Part shown: positions 11,872 through 20,679 of the stretch, one piece after another | Layout of the letters: each line of letters starts with the position of its first letter | How positions within the stretch are numbered: the first letter of the stretch is position 1 | DNA from: Acidobacteriota bacterium | GTDB lineage: Bacteria > Acidobacteriota > Thermoanaerobaculia > Gp7-AA8 | Direction: 5' to 3' | Length of the DNA: 64,000 nt | Assembly: GCA_019244185.1 (NCBI GenBank) | Contig: JAFATB010000022.1 | Location: 415,978 to 479,977, forward strand | The notes under the pieces: model-generated | Seen by the model: only the letters and a program-made list of their open reading frames with translations | Told to the model about the DNA's origin: nothing | Databases searched by the model: none | Position numbers and translations under genes: made by a program

Positions 11872-12183
11872 ATGACCCTCTACCTCGAAGCGACGCTGCT
11901 CCTGCTTCCGACCGACACGGGCGGCCGCGCGGCCGCGGTGGAGCCGCGCGCCGGTTCGTACCTGCCGTATCTGCGCGCCGGCGGCCGCACGACGCGCGCG
12001 CGGCTGATCGAAGGTCCGCCGCGACTCGCGCCGGGCGACGCCGCGCAGGTCGTCTTCGAGATCGAAGAGCACGCCGCCGCGGACGTGCATCCCGGCGCGG
12101 AGCTCGCGCTCCTCGAGCGCGACGCACGCGTCGTCGGCAGCGTCACCGTTTTGCGCGTCTGGGGGCGCGCTCTCGCCGTATGA
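11872..12183 (+). CDS. Small protein resembling the EF-Tu C-terminal domain III
   Basis: LEATLLLLPTDTGGR, YLP, LAPGD, LLERDARVVGSVTV parallels EF-Tu FEAEVYVL..EGGR..YRP..VMPGD..IREGGRTVGAGVV. Confidence 0.6.
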   Translation: MTLYLEATLLLLPTDTGGRAAAVEPRAGSYLPYLRAGGRTTRARLIEGPPRLAPGDAAQVVFEIEEHAAADVHPGAELALLERDARVVGSVTVLRVWGRALAV

Positions 12184-12659
12184 AAACGCTCGCGTTCTGT
12201 TCGCTTCTCCTCCTCGCCATCGGCTGCTCCTCATCGTCGAACACCGATCTCCTCGACCATCGCACGCTGCAGTGCGAAGCTGGCGACGACCTCGCCATCC
12301 AGGCCGGTCTTGAAGCGCCGACGCAGTCGACGAACGAGGCGTTCACCGGCTCGCTGACGATGCTCGTCAACGTCACGAACAACTCCCATCAGGACTACAC
12401 GATCACCGCGATCCGCATCGATCCGGCGCAGAGCAGCAACGACAGCACCTACGACCTCATCAGCGCGTACCAGAAGGTGAATCAGGTGATCCCCGAAAAC
12501 GAGGAGCACCTGTTCCGCCTGCCGGTGAGCGGCCGTTCGCGCGGGTCTGCGTTCAGTCGGGAGCATGGCCGCCAGGGCGTGCCGTTCGTGCTGACCGTGC
12601 TCGCGTCGAACGGGGACCAGTACCGCTGCCAGTTCTCCGTGCCGGATCCTTCGTTCTAG
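12180..12659 (+). CDS. Hypothetical lipoprotein
   Basis: MK plus hydrophobic stretch, lipobox-like AIGC; ATGA overlap. Confidence 0.75.
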   Translation: MKTLAFCSLLLLAIGCSSSSNTDLLDHRTLQCEAGDDLAIQAGLEAPTQSTNEAFTGSLTMLVNVTNNSHQDYTITAIRIDPAQSSNDSTYDLISAYQKVNQVIPENEEHLFRLPVSGRSRGSAFSREHGRQGVPFVLTVLASNGDQYRCQFSVPDPSF

Positions 12660-13059
12660 GGTCCGCGCGGCGGGCGGTGGGGATCAGGTCGCCGAGGTAG
12701 GTGACGGCGAGCGTGTGATCGGGCTCGATGCCGGCGAGCGTCGCGCGCGCGTAGCCGCGCAGCACGAGCTCGCGGTTGATGAACAGCGCGTCGGGCGAGC
12801 GGTAGACGAGGAACGTGCCGTCGCCGGCGGGCTCGACGAGCACCCAAGACGACGGCTGCAGCGTCCAGCGCAACAGCTCGTGCGCGCGCAGCTCGTCGGA
12901 GATCGCGACGCCGCCGATGTGGATCGACTCGCGCGCGCCGTTGCGCTCGATCGTGATCGTCCGCGCATCATCGACGGACACGACGCGCACCATGGCAGCC
13001 TCGGCGGAAACGGAAGCGAAGAGAAACAGGATGAAATACGTGCTCAGAAGTTTGTGCAT
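12553..13059 (-). CDS. Secreted thermonuclease (SNase)-like OB-fold protein, degenerate active site
   Basis: Signal peptide; VVSVDDARTI replaces VVDGDTI; INRELVLRGYA motif; overlaps the convergent gene by 107 nt. Confidence 0.6.
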   Translation of the reverse strand: MHKLLSTYFILFLFASVSAEAAMVRVVSVDDARTITIERNGARESIHIGGVAISDELRAHELLRWTLQPSSWVLVEPAGDGTFLVYRSPDALFINRELVLRGYARATLAGIEPDHTLAVTYLGDLIPTARRADPRTKDPARRTGSGTGPRSTRARSARTARPGGHAPD

Positions 13060-13160
13060 GGACTCGTTGCGGGTCGCGGAGACGAGCATCGAGTGCGCGC
13101 GGAAAGGCGCGGATCGGAGGGAACGCGCGAGAGGATAGCACGACTTTACACGTTTCTCGC

Positions 13161-13203
13161 TAATTCGTTGATACGGCAGAGTTTCAGTGGCACTTTCCTC
13201 GCA
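13161..13203 (+). promoter_or_regulatory. Sigma-54 promoter with upstream IHF site
   Basis: TGGCACTTTCCTCGCA at 13188-13203; TATCAAcgaaTTA (WATCAA-N4-TTR) on the minus strand at 13161-13173. Confidence 0.7.
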
Positions 13204-13225
13204 AAATAGAAGCGTGGGAGGACAC

Positions 13226-13594
13226 ATGGAAACCATCACAATGCCCAGCGGCAGCGAAGTCGAATCGGCGGCGTTTCATCCCGCGGTTCACGGCGTTGCA
13301 GCTTGTCCGACCGCGCATGCTCCCGGCATCCGCGGCCGTGTCGAACACCTCGAAGAACAAGGAATGGCGCGCGTGCGCGGCTGGAAACGTTCGCTCGCGA
13401 CGCGCGGCAGCATGCTGAAGATCGATGCGAACGAGCGCGTGGCCACCATGCAGCGTTCGATGGGAACCAAACCGATGTTCTGGGCCGGCATCGCCGCCGG
13501 CGCGGGCTTCGGCGTCGGACTCGTCGGCCGCATCCTGCATGTGCGGCGGACCCGCCCCATGCCGGAGCTGATCGTCATCGACGCCACCTGCTGA
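13226..13594 (+). CDS. Small tail-anchored membrane protein (ElaB/YqjD-like)
   Basis: SD GGAGG; KPMFWAGIAAGAGFGVGLVG transmembrane segment followed by basic residues. Confidence 0.6.
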   Translation: METITMPSGSEVESAAFHPAVHGVAACPTAHAPGIRGRVEHLEEQGMARVRGWKRSLATRGSMLKIDANERVATMQRSMGTKPMFWAGIAAGAGFGVGLVGRILHVRRTRPMPELIVIDATC

Positions 13595-13827
13595 TTGCGC
13601 GCGTGCTGCGCGGCCTTGACGCCGCGCAGCGCGCTTCCTGCCACCGCGCGTCCTCGCCGCGCCTAACCTTTCCCACTTCATCGCGTCTGCGAAGCCGATG
13701 CGCGTGACGGTTCCGCCACAGCTTTCCGTTGACGAAGAGGAGTTCGCTCGGCACGATGTGCGTGCACGCCGCGACGACGAACCGCCGCGCGGCGACGCGG
13801 GGTCGGTTGACGCCGTAAACAGCACGC

Positions 13828-14373
13828 ATGCGAAACACGAGCGAACGCATTCTCGACATCGCCGAGGAGATCTATCGGGCGGAGGGAGCGGAGACGCTCT
13901 CGATGCGCGGCGTGGCGGACCAGCTGGGGCTCTCCGCGACGGCGCTCTATCGCCACTACGACTCGAAGGAAGCGCTGCTCGACGCGGTGGCCGAGCGCGG
14001 CTTCCTCGAGCTCGCGGGCGCGTTCCAGCGCAGCAGCAGCCGCGAGCCGCGCGAGCGGCTGCGCGCGATCTTCGACGCCTTCCGCAACTTCGCCGTGAAG
14101 AAGCCGGCGCTTTTCGATCTCATGTTCTTCAGCCGCCGCAGCGGCGCGCGGCTGTTTCCGTCCGCGCTTCGCGCCGGTGCCTCGCCGAGCGGCTCGGTGC
14201 TGACGGACGTGCTCACGGAGATGGGCGTCGACGACCCGGTCGAAATCGGCCTGCTCTTCTGGTCGACCGCGCAGGGACTGATCTCGCTCTATCGCGCCGG
14301 ACGCTTCGAGAGCGAGCGGGCGTTCCGCCGCTCGTGGGACGGCTGCTTCCAGCGATTGCTGGCCACTGTCTGA
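13828..14373 (+). CDS. TetR/AcrR-family regulator
   Basis: LSMRGVADQLGLSATALYRHYDSKEALL. Confidence 0.9.
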   Translation: MRNTSERILDIAEEIYRAEGAETLSMRGVADQLGLSATALYRHYDSKEALLDAVAERGFLELAGAFQRSSSREPRERLRAIFDAFRNFAVKKPALFDLMFFSRRSGARLFPSALRAGASPSGSVLTDVLTEMGVDDPVEIGLLFWSTAQGLISLYRAGRFESERAFRRSWDGCFQRLLATV

Positions 14374-14420
14374 AAGCGGGCGATCTGAAACCTTTTTTCG
14401 CCATTTACGAACTGCTTCGT

Positions 14421-16646
14421 ATGCGACGAATGGGGTTGATGTTGTGGGCTCTTCTTCTGCTCGTGCGAACCGCCGCGGCGGCCGATGCGCCGGTGGCGCT
14501 CGTGAAGACGACCGGCGCGATCACGATCGACGGCGATCTCTCCGATCCCGCGTGGAAGAACGCCACGAAGTTCGAGACGTGGTACGAGACGAACGTCGGC
14601 GACAACGTCACGCCCGACGTGCGCACCGTCGGCTACGTCACCTACGACAGCCACTTCCTCTACATCGCCATCGACATGGAAGATCCGCGTCCGGCGGACA
14701 TCCGCGCGCCGTTCGGCGATCACGATCAGATCAGCGGCAACAGCGACGACTTCGCCGGCGTCATCATCGACACGCGCAACGACGGCAAGACCGGCTACGA
14801 GTTCTTCGTCACCGCGCGCGGCGTGCAATACGACGCGGTGCAGGACGACTCGAGCGGCAACGAGGATTCGTCGCCCGACTTCTTCTGGGACGCGGTGAGC
14901 CGCATCGACGCGCGCGGCTGGACCACCGAGATCCGCATCCCGTTCTCGTCGCTGCGCTACGACAGCGCGAACCCGACGCAGTGGGGTTTCGATCTCTATC
15001 GCAACCGGCCGCGCGATCGCCGCTATCAGATCTTCACGAGCCGCAATCCGCGCAACGCGAACTGCTTCGTCTGCAACTTCAACAAGGTCACGGGACTCAC
15101 CGATCTCCCGACCGGCAATCATCTCGTCGCCGCGCCGTACGTCACCGCGCAGCAGATCGGTGACCGCCCCAACGGTCTCATCACCGATCGCTTCGTGAAC
15201 CACGACGTCGGCGGTGAGGCGGGCCTCGATCTGAAGTGGAGCCCCACGGCGGACATGGCCGTCGACGCGACCATCAATCCCGATTTCTCGCAGATCGAAT
15301 CGGACGTCGCGGTGATCTCGACGAACGAGCGCTTCGCGATCTTCGTCCCCGAAAAGCGGCCATTTTTCCTCGAGGGCGTGGAGCTCTTTACGACGCCGAT
15401 CCAGGCCGTCTACACGCGCACGATCACGTCGCCGCGCTGGGGCGCGCGCACGACCGGACGCAAGGGCGATTACGCGTACACCGTGCTCGTGACGGAAGAC
15501 CGCGGCGGCGGCGACGTCATCGTGCCGTCGGCCTTCGGCTCCGATTTCGGGCAGCAGGATTTCTCGTCGCTCGTCGGCATCGCCCGCGTGCGCCGCGATT
15601 TCGGCAAGTCCTTCATCTCGTTCCTCGGCACGACGCGCAATGAAGAAGGGGGCGCGTACAACCGCGTCTTCGGCCCCGACTTCCAATGGCGTGTCAGCGA
15701 AGGCGACGTCGTCACCGGCCAGCTGCTCTTCAGCCAGAGCCAGACGCCCGATCGTCCGGACCTCAACGCGGAATGGGACGGCCGCAGTCTCGGCGGACAC
15801 GCCGCGTACGCCGTCTTCAATCACACGCGCGCGAAGTGGGATTACTACATCAACTATCACGACTACAGCGACGACTTCCGCGCCGATAACGGCTTCGTGC
15901 CGCAGGTCGGCTGGCGCGGCAGCTATACCGAAGGCGGACGCACGTTCCGTCCGACCGGCTTCTTCAACCGCATCCGCACGTATGCATTCGGCGAGTATCA
16001 GGAGACGCAGGACGGCCATCTGCTGTACCGCCAGGCGTCGACCGGCTTCGGCGCCGACGGCCGCTGGCGCTCGTTCACGCGCCTGCGCTACGCGCGCGAG
16101 TCCGTCGCCGTCGAGCGCGGCAAGGTGCTGGACATGGACCGCCTCTACTACACGCTGCAGTTCGGCCTGAGCAACATCCTCAGCCAGCTGACGCTCGACG
16201 GCTGGCTCGGCGACGACATCGACTTCACGAACCAGCGTCTCGGCCGCGGCGCGAACGTGACTCTCGAAGCGTCCGTGCGTCCGTCGCTGCATCTGCAGCT
16301 CGCGTTCACGAACCAGGTGCGCTGGCTCAACGTCGCCGGCGACCGCCTCTTCACCGCGCAGGTCGAGCGCGTGCGCGCGACGTACACGTTCAATCCGCGC
16401 ATGTTTCTCCGCACGATCGTCCAGAACGACCGCACGCACCGCGACGTCGCGCTCTACGGCTTCACCGACGACGACCGCTTCACCGGTTCGCTCGCCGCAC
16501 AAATGCTCTTCGCCTACAAACTGAACTGGCAGACCGTCGCCTACATCGGCTTCGGCAACCTGCAGGACGCCGTCGGCTCGAGCGGAGACCTCATTCGCGG
16601 CAGCCGCCAGGTCTTCGCGAAGCTGAGCTACGCGTTTCAGCGGTAG
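14421..16646 (+). CDS. CBM9-like / DUF5916 outer-membrane protein
   Basis: Signal peptide; ITIDGDLSDPAW, NPDFSQIE, EKRPFFLEG; beta-barrel-like end FAKLSYAF. Start 14421 or 14430. Confidence 0.8.
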   Translation: MRRMGLMLWALLLLVRTAAAADAPVALVKTTGAITIDGDLSDPAWKNATKFETWYETNVGDNVTPDVRTVGYVTYDSHFLYIAIDMEDPRPADIRAPFGDHDQISGNSDDFAGVIIDTRNDGKTGYEFFVTARGVQYDAVQDDSSGNEDSSPDFFWDAVSRIDARGWTTEIRIPFSSLRYDSANPTQWGFDLYRNRPRDRRYQIFTSRNPRNANCFVCNFNKVTGLTDLPTGNHLVAAPYVTAQQIGDRPNGLITDRFVNHDVGGEAGLDLKWSPTADMAVDATINPDFSQIESDVAVISTNERFAIFVPEKRPFFLEGVELFTTPIQAVYTRTITSPRWGARTTGRKGDYAYTVLVTEDRGGGDVIVPSAFGSDFGQQDFSSLVGIARVRRDFGKSFISFLGTTRNEEGGAYNRVFGPDFQWRVSEGDVVTGQLLFSQSQTPDRPDLNAEWDGRSLGGHAAYAVFNHTRAKWDYYINYHDYSDDFRADNGFVPQVGWRGSYTEGGRTFRPTGFFNRIRTYAFGEYQETQDGHLLYRQASTGFGADGRWRSFTRLRYARESVAVERGKVLDMDRLYYTLQFGLSNILSQLTLDGWLGDDIDFTNQRLGRGANVTLEASVRPSLHLQLAFTNQVRWLNVAGDRLFTAQVERVRATYTFNPRMFLRTIVQNDRTHRDVALYGFTDDDRFTGSLAAQMLFAYKLNWQTVAYIGFGNLQDAVGSSGDLIRGSRQVFAKLSYAFQR

Positions 16647-16702
16647 GGAAAGTCGCGCCGCGTCGCGGTATCCTTCGCCGAAAATTCGGTTCAGGAGCTC
16701 GC

Positions 16703-17227
16703 ATGAGAAAGTCAGTGGTCTCGATGGTGGTCGTGTTCACGCTCGGCATTGCGATCGGCGCGTTCGCGGCGAAGAAGGGCATCGACTCGTCGCTGTATCG
16801 TTCGAAGTCGAAGAAGGAAGCGGCGCAGGCGCTGCTCGAAGTGGCGAAGAAGCAGGCGGGGAAGGGCAGCTGGGAGCGCATCGGCGTCGGCCGCGTGTAC
16901 TACCTCGGCGGCATGAAGGCCGAGGGGCAGGCGATCTTCGATGATGTGACCTCGCACAAGCCCGAGCCGACGGACTGGTGGCGCATCGGCCGCGTGTACT
17001 GGGAAGCGGGGGAGTGGGACAAGGCGCGCGATGCGTTCGAGCGTTCGCTCAAGGCCAACCCGAAAGACGACAAGGGACTCGCGGAGCTCGGCTCGTATTA
17101 CCTGCTCAAGGGCGATCGCGCGAAAGCGGAGGAGCTGTTCGACAAGTCGTTCGACCTCGAGTCGGGCGAAGTGTGGAACACCGGCATGATCGCCGGCGCG
17201 TACCTCGGCGTGCATCCGCAGGAATGA
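16703..17227 (+). CDS. Secreted TPR-repeat protein
   Basis: SD AGGAG, signal peptide, TPR pattern WWRIGRVYWEAGEWDKARDAFERSLKANP. Confidence 0.8.
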   Translation: MRKSVVSMVVVFTLGIAIGAFAAKKGIDSSLYRSKSKKEAAQALLEVAKKQAGKGSWERIGVGRVYYLGGMKAEGQAIFDDVTSHKPEPTDWWRIGRVYWEAGEWDKARDAFERSLKANPKDDKGLAELGSYYLLKGDRAKAEELFDKSFDLESGEVWNTGMIAGAYLGVHPQE

Positions 17228-17231
17228 CGCA

Positions 17232-18947
17232 CTAGGGCGCGCCGATGGCGCGCCGCACCGCACGAATGTCGCCGTCCAGCGGCCGGTCGTAAAAGACCGG
17301 CCGCGCGGCGCTGCGGATCGTGAGGTACAACGCGCGCGTTCCTTCGCCGAGCTGCGCGGCGATCTCATTCGCGCGATCGCGCACCGCGGCTTCGAACTGC
17401 TGCGCCTGCGCGTTCGCCTCGGCTTCGTTCGCGAGCTTCGTCGGCTTGTTCGGATCGATGTCGAACGCCGCGCGCCATTCGACGGCTTGCGCCGCCGCGA
17501 GCAGCTCGATCGCGAGCACCGACTGCACGTTCGACAGCACCGTGCGCAGTTTGCGCGCGGCGTGCGTCGACATCGACACGTGGTCTTCCGTGTTCGCGCC
17601 GGTCGGGATCGAGTCGACCGACGCGGGATGCGCGAGGACTTTATTCTCGGAGACGATCGACGCCGCGGTGTACTGCAGGATCATCAGCCCCGAATTCACG
17701 CCCGGTCGCGTGGTGAGGTTCTGCGGCAACCCGCGATTGTGATGGCCGTCGAGCATCAACTGCGTGCGGCGCTCGCTGATGTTCCCGAGTTCGTGAATGG
17801 CGATGGTGAGGAAGTCCGCCGCGAGCGCGAGCGGCTGACCGTGGAAGTTGCCGGCGGAGTACGCGAGCCGGCGATCGCCGTGATACCACTCCGGCCAGTT
17901 CGCGCGGAACTGCAGGTCGAAGGGGTCGCCTTCGTCGGGGAAGAACAGCGGATTGTCGGTCGCCGCGTTGAGCTCGCGCTCCGCGGTCGCGCGCACGAAG
18001 CGCAACGTGTCGCGCGTCGCGCCGTGCACCTGCGGCGCGCAGCGCAGCGAATACGGATCCTGCACCGCGCCCGCGCGCTCGACGAGCCGGCTGCCGGCGA
18101 GCAGCGCGCCGATGCGTTGCGCGCTCTCGATCTGTCCCGGATGTCCGCGCTCCGCGTGCACTTTCGGATCGAGCGCGCGCGTGCAGCCGGCGAGCGCTTC
18201 GAGCGACAGCGCGGCCGCGGCGTCGGCATGATCGGCGAGCCGCTCCGCGTCGTACACCGCGAGCGCGAGCATCGCCGCGGAGAAGTTTGCACCGTTGACG
18301 AGGCCGAGTCCTTCCTTGAAGGTCGGCTTCAGTTCATCCGCGGAGAACCCGAGCACCTCGGGCAGCTCGCGCGCGGAACGGAGCGTGCGGTCGGAGGTCG
18401 TGTAGAAGCGGCCTTCTCCAAGCAGCGTGGCGAAGAGATGCGATAGCGGACAGAGATCGCCGCTCGCCCCGACCGAACCGCGCAGCGGGACGAGCGGAAT
18501 CACGCCGCGGTTGAGCATCGCCCGCACGATCTCGACGAGCCGCATGCGCACGCCGCTGCGACCTTTGAGAAACGCGTTGAGCCGCGTGGCGAGCGCGCCG
18601 CGGACGACTTCGGCGGGGTAGTAGTTTGCGAGATCGTCGGGATCGGAGTTGTCGCCGACGCCGACGGAATGCGAGAGCAGCAGGTTGCGCTGCAGCTGTT
18701 CGAGATCGTCCGGCGCGATCGGCTTGTCTTTGAATTCGCCGAAGCCGGTCGTGACGCCGTATTCGGAGATCTTGCCGCCCTGCGCGTATGCCTCGCGATG
18801 CTGCGCGACGACGCGCGCGATCGCGGCTTCGCTGCGGCGCACGGCGGGCTCGGTCTTCGGATCGATGTCGACCGTGACCGACGGATCGCGGGCGATCGAT
18901 GCGAGCTGCTCGATCGTCAGCGACGCGCCGTCGAGCACGACGTTCAT
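17232..18947 (-). CDS. hutH: Histidine ammonia-lyase (MIO aromatic amino-acid lyase), 571 aa, with insertions
   Basis: YGVTTGFG, NLLLSH (His-type SH), GSVGASGDL, QDPYSLRC, TDNPL, GNFHG, EDHVSM; ATG 18947 overlaps the hisS stop. Confidence 0.85.
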   Translation of the reverse strand: MNVVLDGASLTIEQLASIARDPSVTVDIDPKTEPAVRRSEAAIARVVAQHREAYAQGGKISEYGVTTGFGEFKDKPIAPDDLEQLQRNLLLSHSVGVGDNSDPDDLANYYPAEVVRGALATRLNAFLKGRSGVRMRLVEIVRAMLNRGVIPLVPLRGSVGASGDLCPLSHLFATLLGEGRFYTTSDRTLRSARELPEVLGFSADELKPTFKEGLGLVNGANFSAAMLALAVYDAERLADHADAAAALSLEALAGCTRALDPKVHAERGHPGQIESAQRIGALLAGSRLVERAGAVQDPYSLRCAPQVHGATRDTLRFVRATAERELNAATDNPLFFPDEGDPFDLQFRANWPEWYHGDRRLAYSAGNFHGQPLALAADFLTIAIHELGNISERRTQLMLDGHHNRGLPQNLTTRPGVNSGLMILQYTAASIVSENKVLAHPASVDSIPTGANTEDHVSMSTHAARKLRTVLSNVQSVLAIELLAAAQAVEWRAAFDIDPNKPTKLANEAEANAQAQQFEAAVRDRANEIAAQLGEGTRALYLTIRSAARPVFYDRPLDGDIRAVRRAIGAP

Positions 18948-20368
18948 TCGAGCTCCGCGAGCATCCGGCGGATGCCGTCGACGAGCTCCGCGCGCGGCAT
19001 CGTGACCTGCCCGGCGCGTTGCGCGAGGTACTCCTTGCGATCGGCGACCGGCTTCGCGCGCTCGCGTCCCGCGACCATGTCCTTCACGGTGACGATGCCT
19101 TCCGCGTGCTCGTTGCCGCCGTACAGCAGCGCGAGCGGGATGTCGTACTGGTCGGCGTACTTGAGCTGCTTGCCGACGCCTTTCGCGGTGCCGAGGTAGA
19201 GCTCCGTCGGAATGCCGGCGCGGCGCAGCTCCCACGTCATGGCGAGATACTCCTGTTCGAGCGACTCGTCCATGCGCGCGACGAGCACGCGCGCGGTCGC
19301 TTTGCGCTTGCCGATTTTTCCGAGCTGCGTGAGCGCGGCGAGGAGACGATCGACGCCGATCGACGCACCGACGGCAGGGATCGATTGCCCGAGGAAGCGC
19401 ATCACGAGATCGTCGTAACGGCCGCCGCCGAAGACGGAGCCGAACTGCGGCGCTTCCGTGAGAATCGCTTCGAACACCGGACCGGTGTAGTACGCGAGTC
19501 CGCGAGCGATCGAGAGATCGAGCGAGACGCGATCGTCGCCGTAGCCCAAAACGTAGAGGTTCGAGGAGATGCGCTCGATGACGTCGATCTGCGCGGGCGC
19601 GTTCTCGACGTGCGCGAACAACTCGCGCAGGCTGGTGAGCACTTCGCGGCGCGATTCGGATTTGATGGCGAGGAACTGTTCGATGCGATCGACCTGCTCG
19701 GACGTGAGGCCGACGCCGCGGATGGTGTCTCCCGATTCGTCGACGTAGCCGTTCATCAGCTCGCGCCGCACTTTTTCGACTCCGACTTTGTCGAGCTTGT
19801 CGAGCACGCGGAAGACGTCGACGCCCTGCTCGGCGGAGATGCCCGCGAACGCGAGCAGGAGATTCAGCACCGCGCGGCTGGAGAAGCGGACGAGATAGCC
19901 GCCGACGTCGAGCGCGCCGAGGGTGTCGCACATGCCCGCGATGATCTCGGTGTCCGCGATCTCGCTCACGACGCCGACGGAGTCGAGATCGAACTGGATG
20001 AACTCGCGGTAACGCCCTTTGTCCGGCTTGTCCGCGCGCCACACCGGCGCAACCTGATAGCGGCGGAACGGCCGTGGCAACTCGCGCTCGCTGTACTGCG
20101 CGATGACGCGCGCGAGCGGCACGGTCAGATCGAAGCGCAATCCCAATTCCTCGTGCTCCGGATTCGTGACGCGAAAGATCGACTGCTGCGCCTCGGCGCC
20201 CGCGCTGCCCGACAGGACGTCCAGAAACTCGACCGCCGGCGTCGACAACGGCACGAAGCCGTAGTTCTCGTACACCCCGCGAATGGTGTCGATCATCTGC
20301 TGCCGCGCCAGCATCTGGTCGGGAAGCAGATCGCGAAGGCCGCGGGAAAGGCGGGGAGAGGTGGTCAT
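18944..20368 (-). CDS. hisS: Histidine--tRNA ligase, alphaproteobacterial/eukaryote-like type
   Basis: LRFDLTVPLAR, WRADKPDKGRYREF, RGLAYYTG, GGGRYD, GASIGVDR; insertion DKLDK...DESGD; extended C-terminus. Confidence 0.95.
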   Translation of the reverse strand: MTTSPRLSRGLRDLLPDQMLARQQMIDTIRGVYENYGFVPLSTPAVEFLDVLSGSAGAEAQQSIFRVTNPEHEELGLRFDLTVPLARVIAQYSERELPRPFRRYQVAPVWRADKPDKGRYREFIQFDLDSVGVVSEIADTEIIAGMCDTLGALDVGGYLVRFSSRAVLNLLLAFAGISAEQGVDVFRVLDKLDKVGVEKVRRELMNGYVDESGDTIRGVGLTSEQVDRIEQFLAIKSESRREVLTSLRELFAHVENAPAQIDVIERISSNLYVLGYGDDRVSLDLSIARGLAYYTGPVFEAILTEAPQFGSVFGGGRYDDLVMRFLGQSIPAVGASIGVDRLLAALTQLGKIGKRKATARVLVARMDESLEQEYLAMTWELRRAGIPTELYLGTAKGVGKQLKYADQYDIPLALLYGGNEHAEGIVTVKDMVAGRERAKPVADRKEYLAQRAGQVTMPRAELVDGIRRMLAELE

Positions 20369-20373
20369 GAGAA

Positions 20374-20489
20374 GCGGAATGTAGAACGCAGAACGCAGAA
20401 CGCAGAATGAAGAAAGGGGAACGATGCGCAGTCGCGGGGCGACGGCATTTCTACGTTCTTACTTCTGCGTTCTGCGTTCTTCATTCCGC
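20374..20489. repeat. Inverted repeat built of AGAACGC heptamers between tRNA-His and hisS
   Basis: GCGGAATGTAGAACGCAGAACGCAGAA ... TTCTGCGTTCTGCGTTCTTCATTCCGC. Confidence 0.85.
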
Positions 20490-20507
20490 CGCCGCCAGGC
20501 GGCGGCT

Positions 20508-20584
20508 TGGTACCGGGGGCCGGTCTCGAACCGGCGACCCCCAGATCCACAATCTGGTGCTCTGACCAACTGAGCTACCCCGGC
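20508..20584 (-). tRNA. tRNA-His(GUG), 77 nt, encoded CCA, no genomic G-1, discriminator A73
   Basis: GCCGGGG TA GCTC AGTTGGTCA GAGC A CCAGA TT GTG GA TCTGG GGGTC GCCGG TTCGAGA CCGGC CCCCGGT A CCA; -10-like TATCAT at 20597-20602. Confidence 0.97.
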
Positions 20585-20679
20585 ACTCGGGCGGGCATGA
20601 TACTCGGGCACGCAGACGAGGGGAAGAGGCGCGCTCCGTGCCGTCCGCGCGTGAGAACGCCGCATCCCGCGAACGCATT

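Noticed and set aside
17232-18947. Lyase as an ergothioneine trimethylammonia-lyase because egtD is nearby
   Set aside because: It keeps the ASG MIO triad and the His-type SH, whereas characterised ergothionases lack MIO.
17232-20042. 936-aa ORF suggesting an N-terminally extended HAL or a HisRS-HAL fusion
   Set aside because: The extension is an out-of-frame reading of hisS. hisS has a complete C-terminus and its own stop, with an ATGA overlap at 18944-18947.
20369-20507. T-box riboswitch or His attenuator upstream of hisS
   Set aside because: No T-box consensus, no run of His codons and no terminator U tract.
20508-20584. tRNA as an island integration site
   Set aside because: No integrase in the window, and I saw no duplicated tRNA 3' end.
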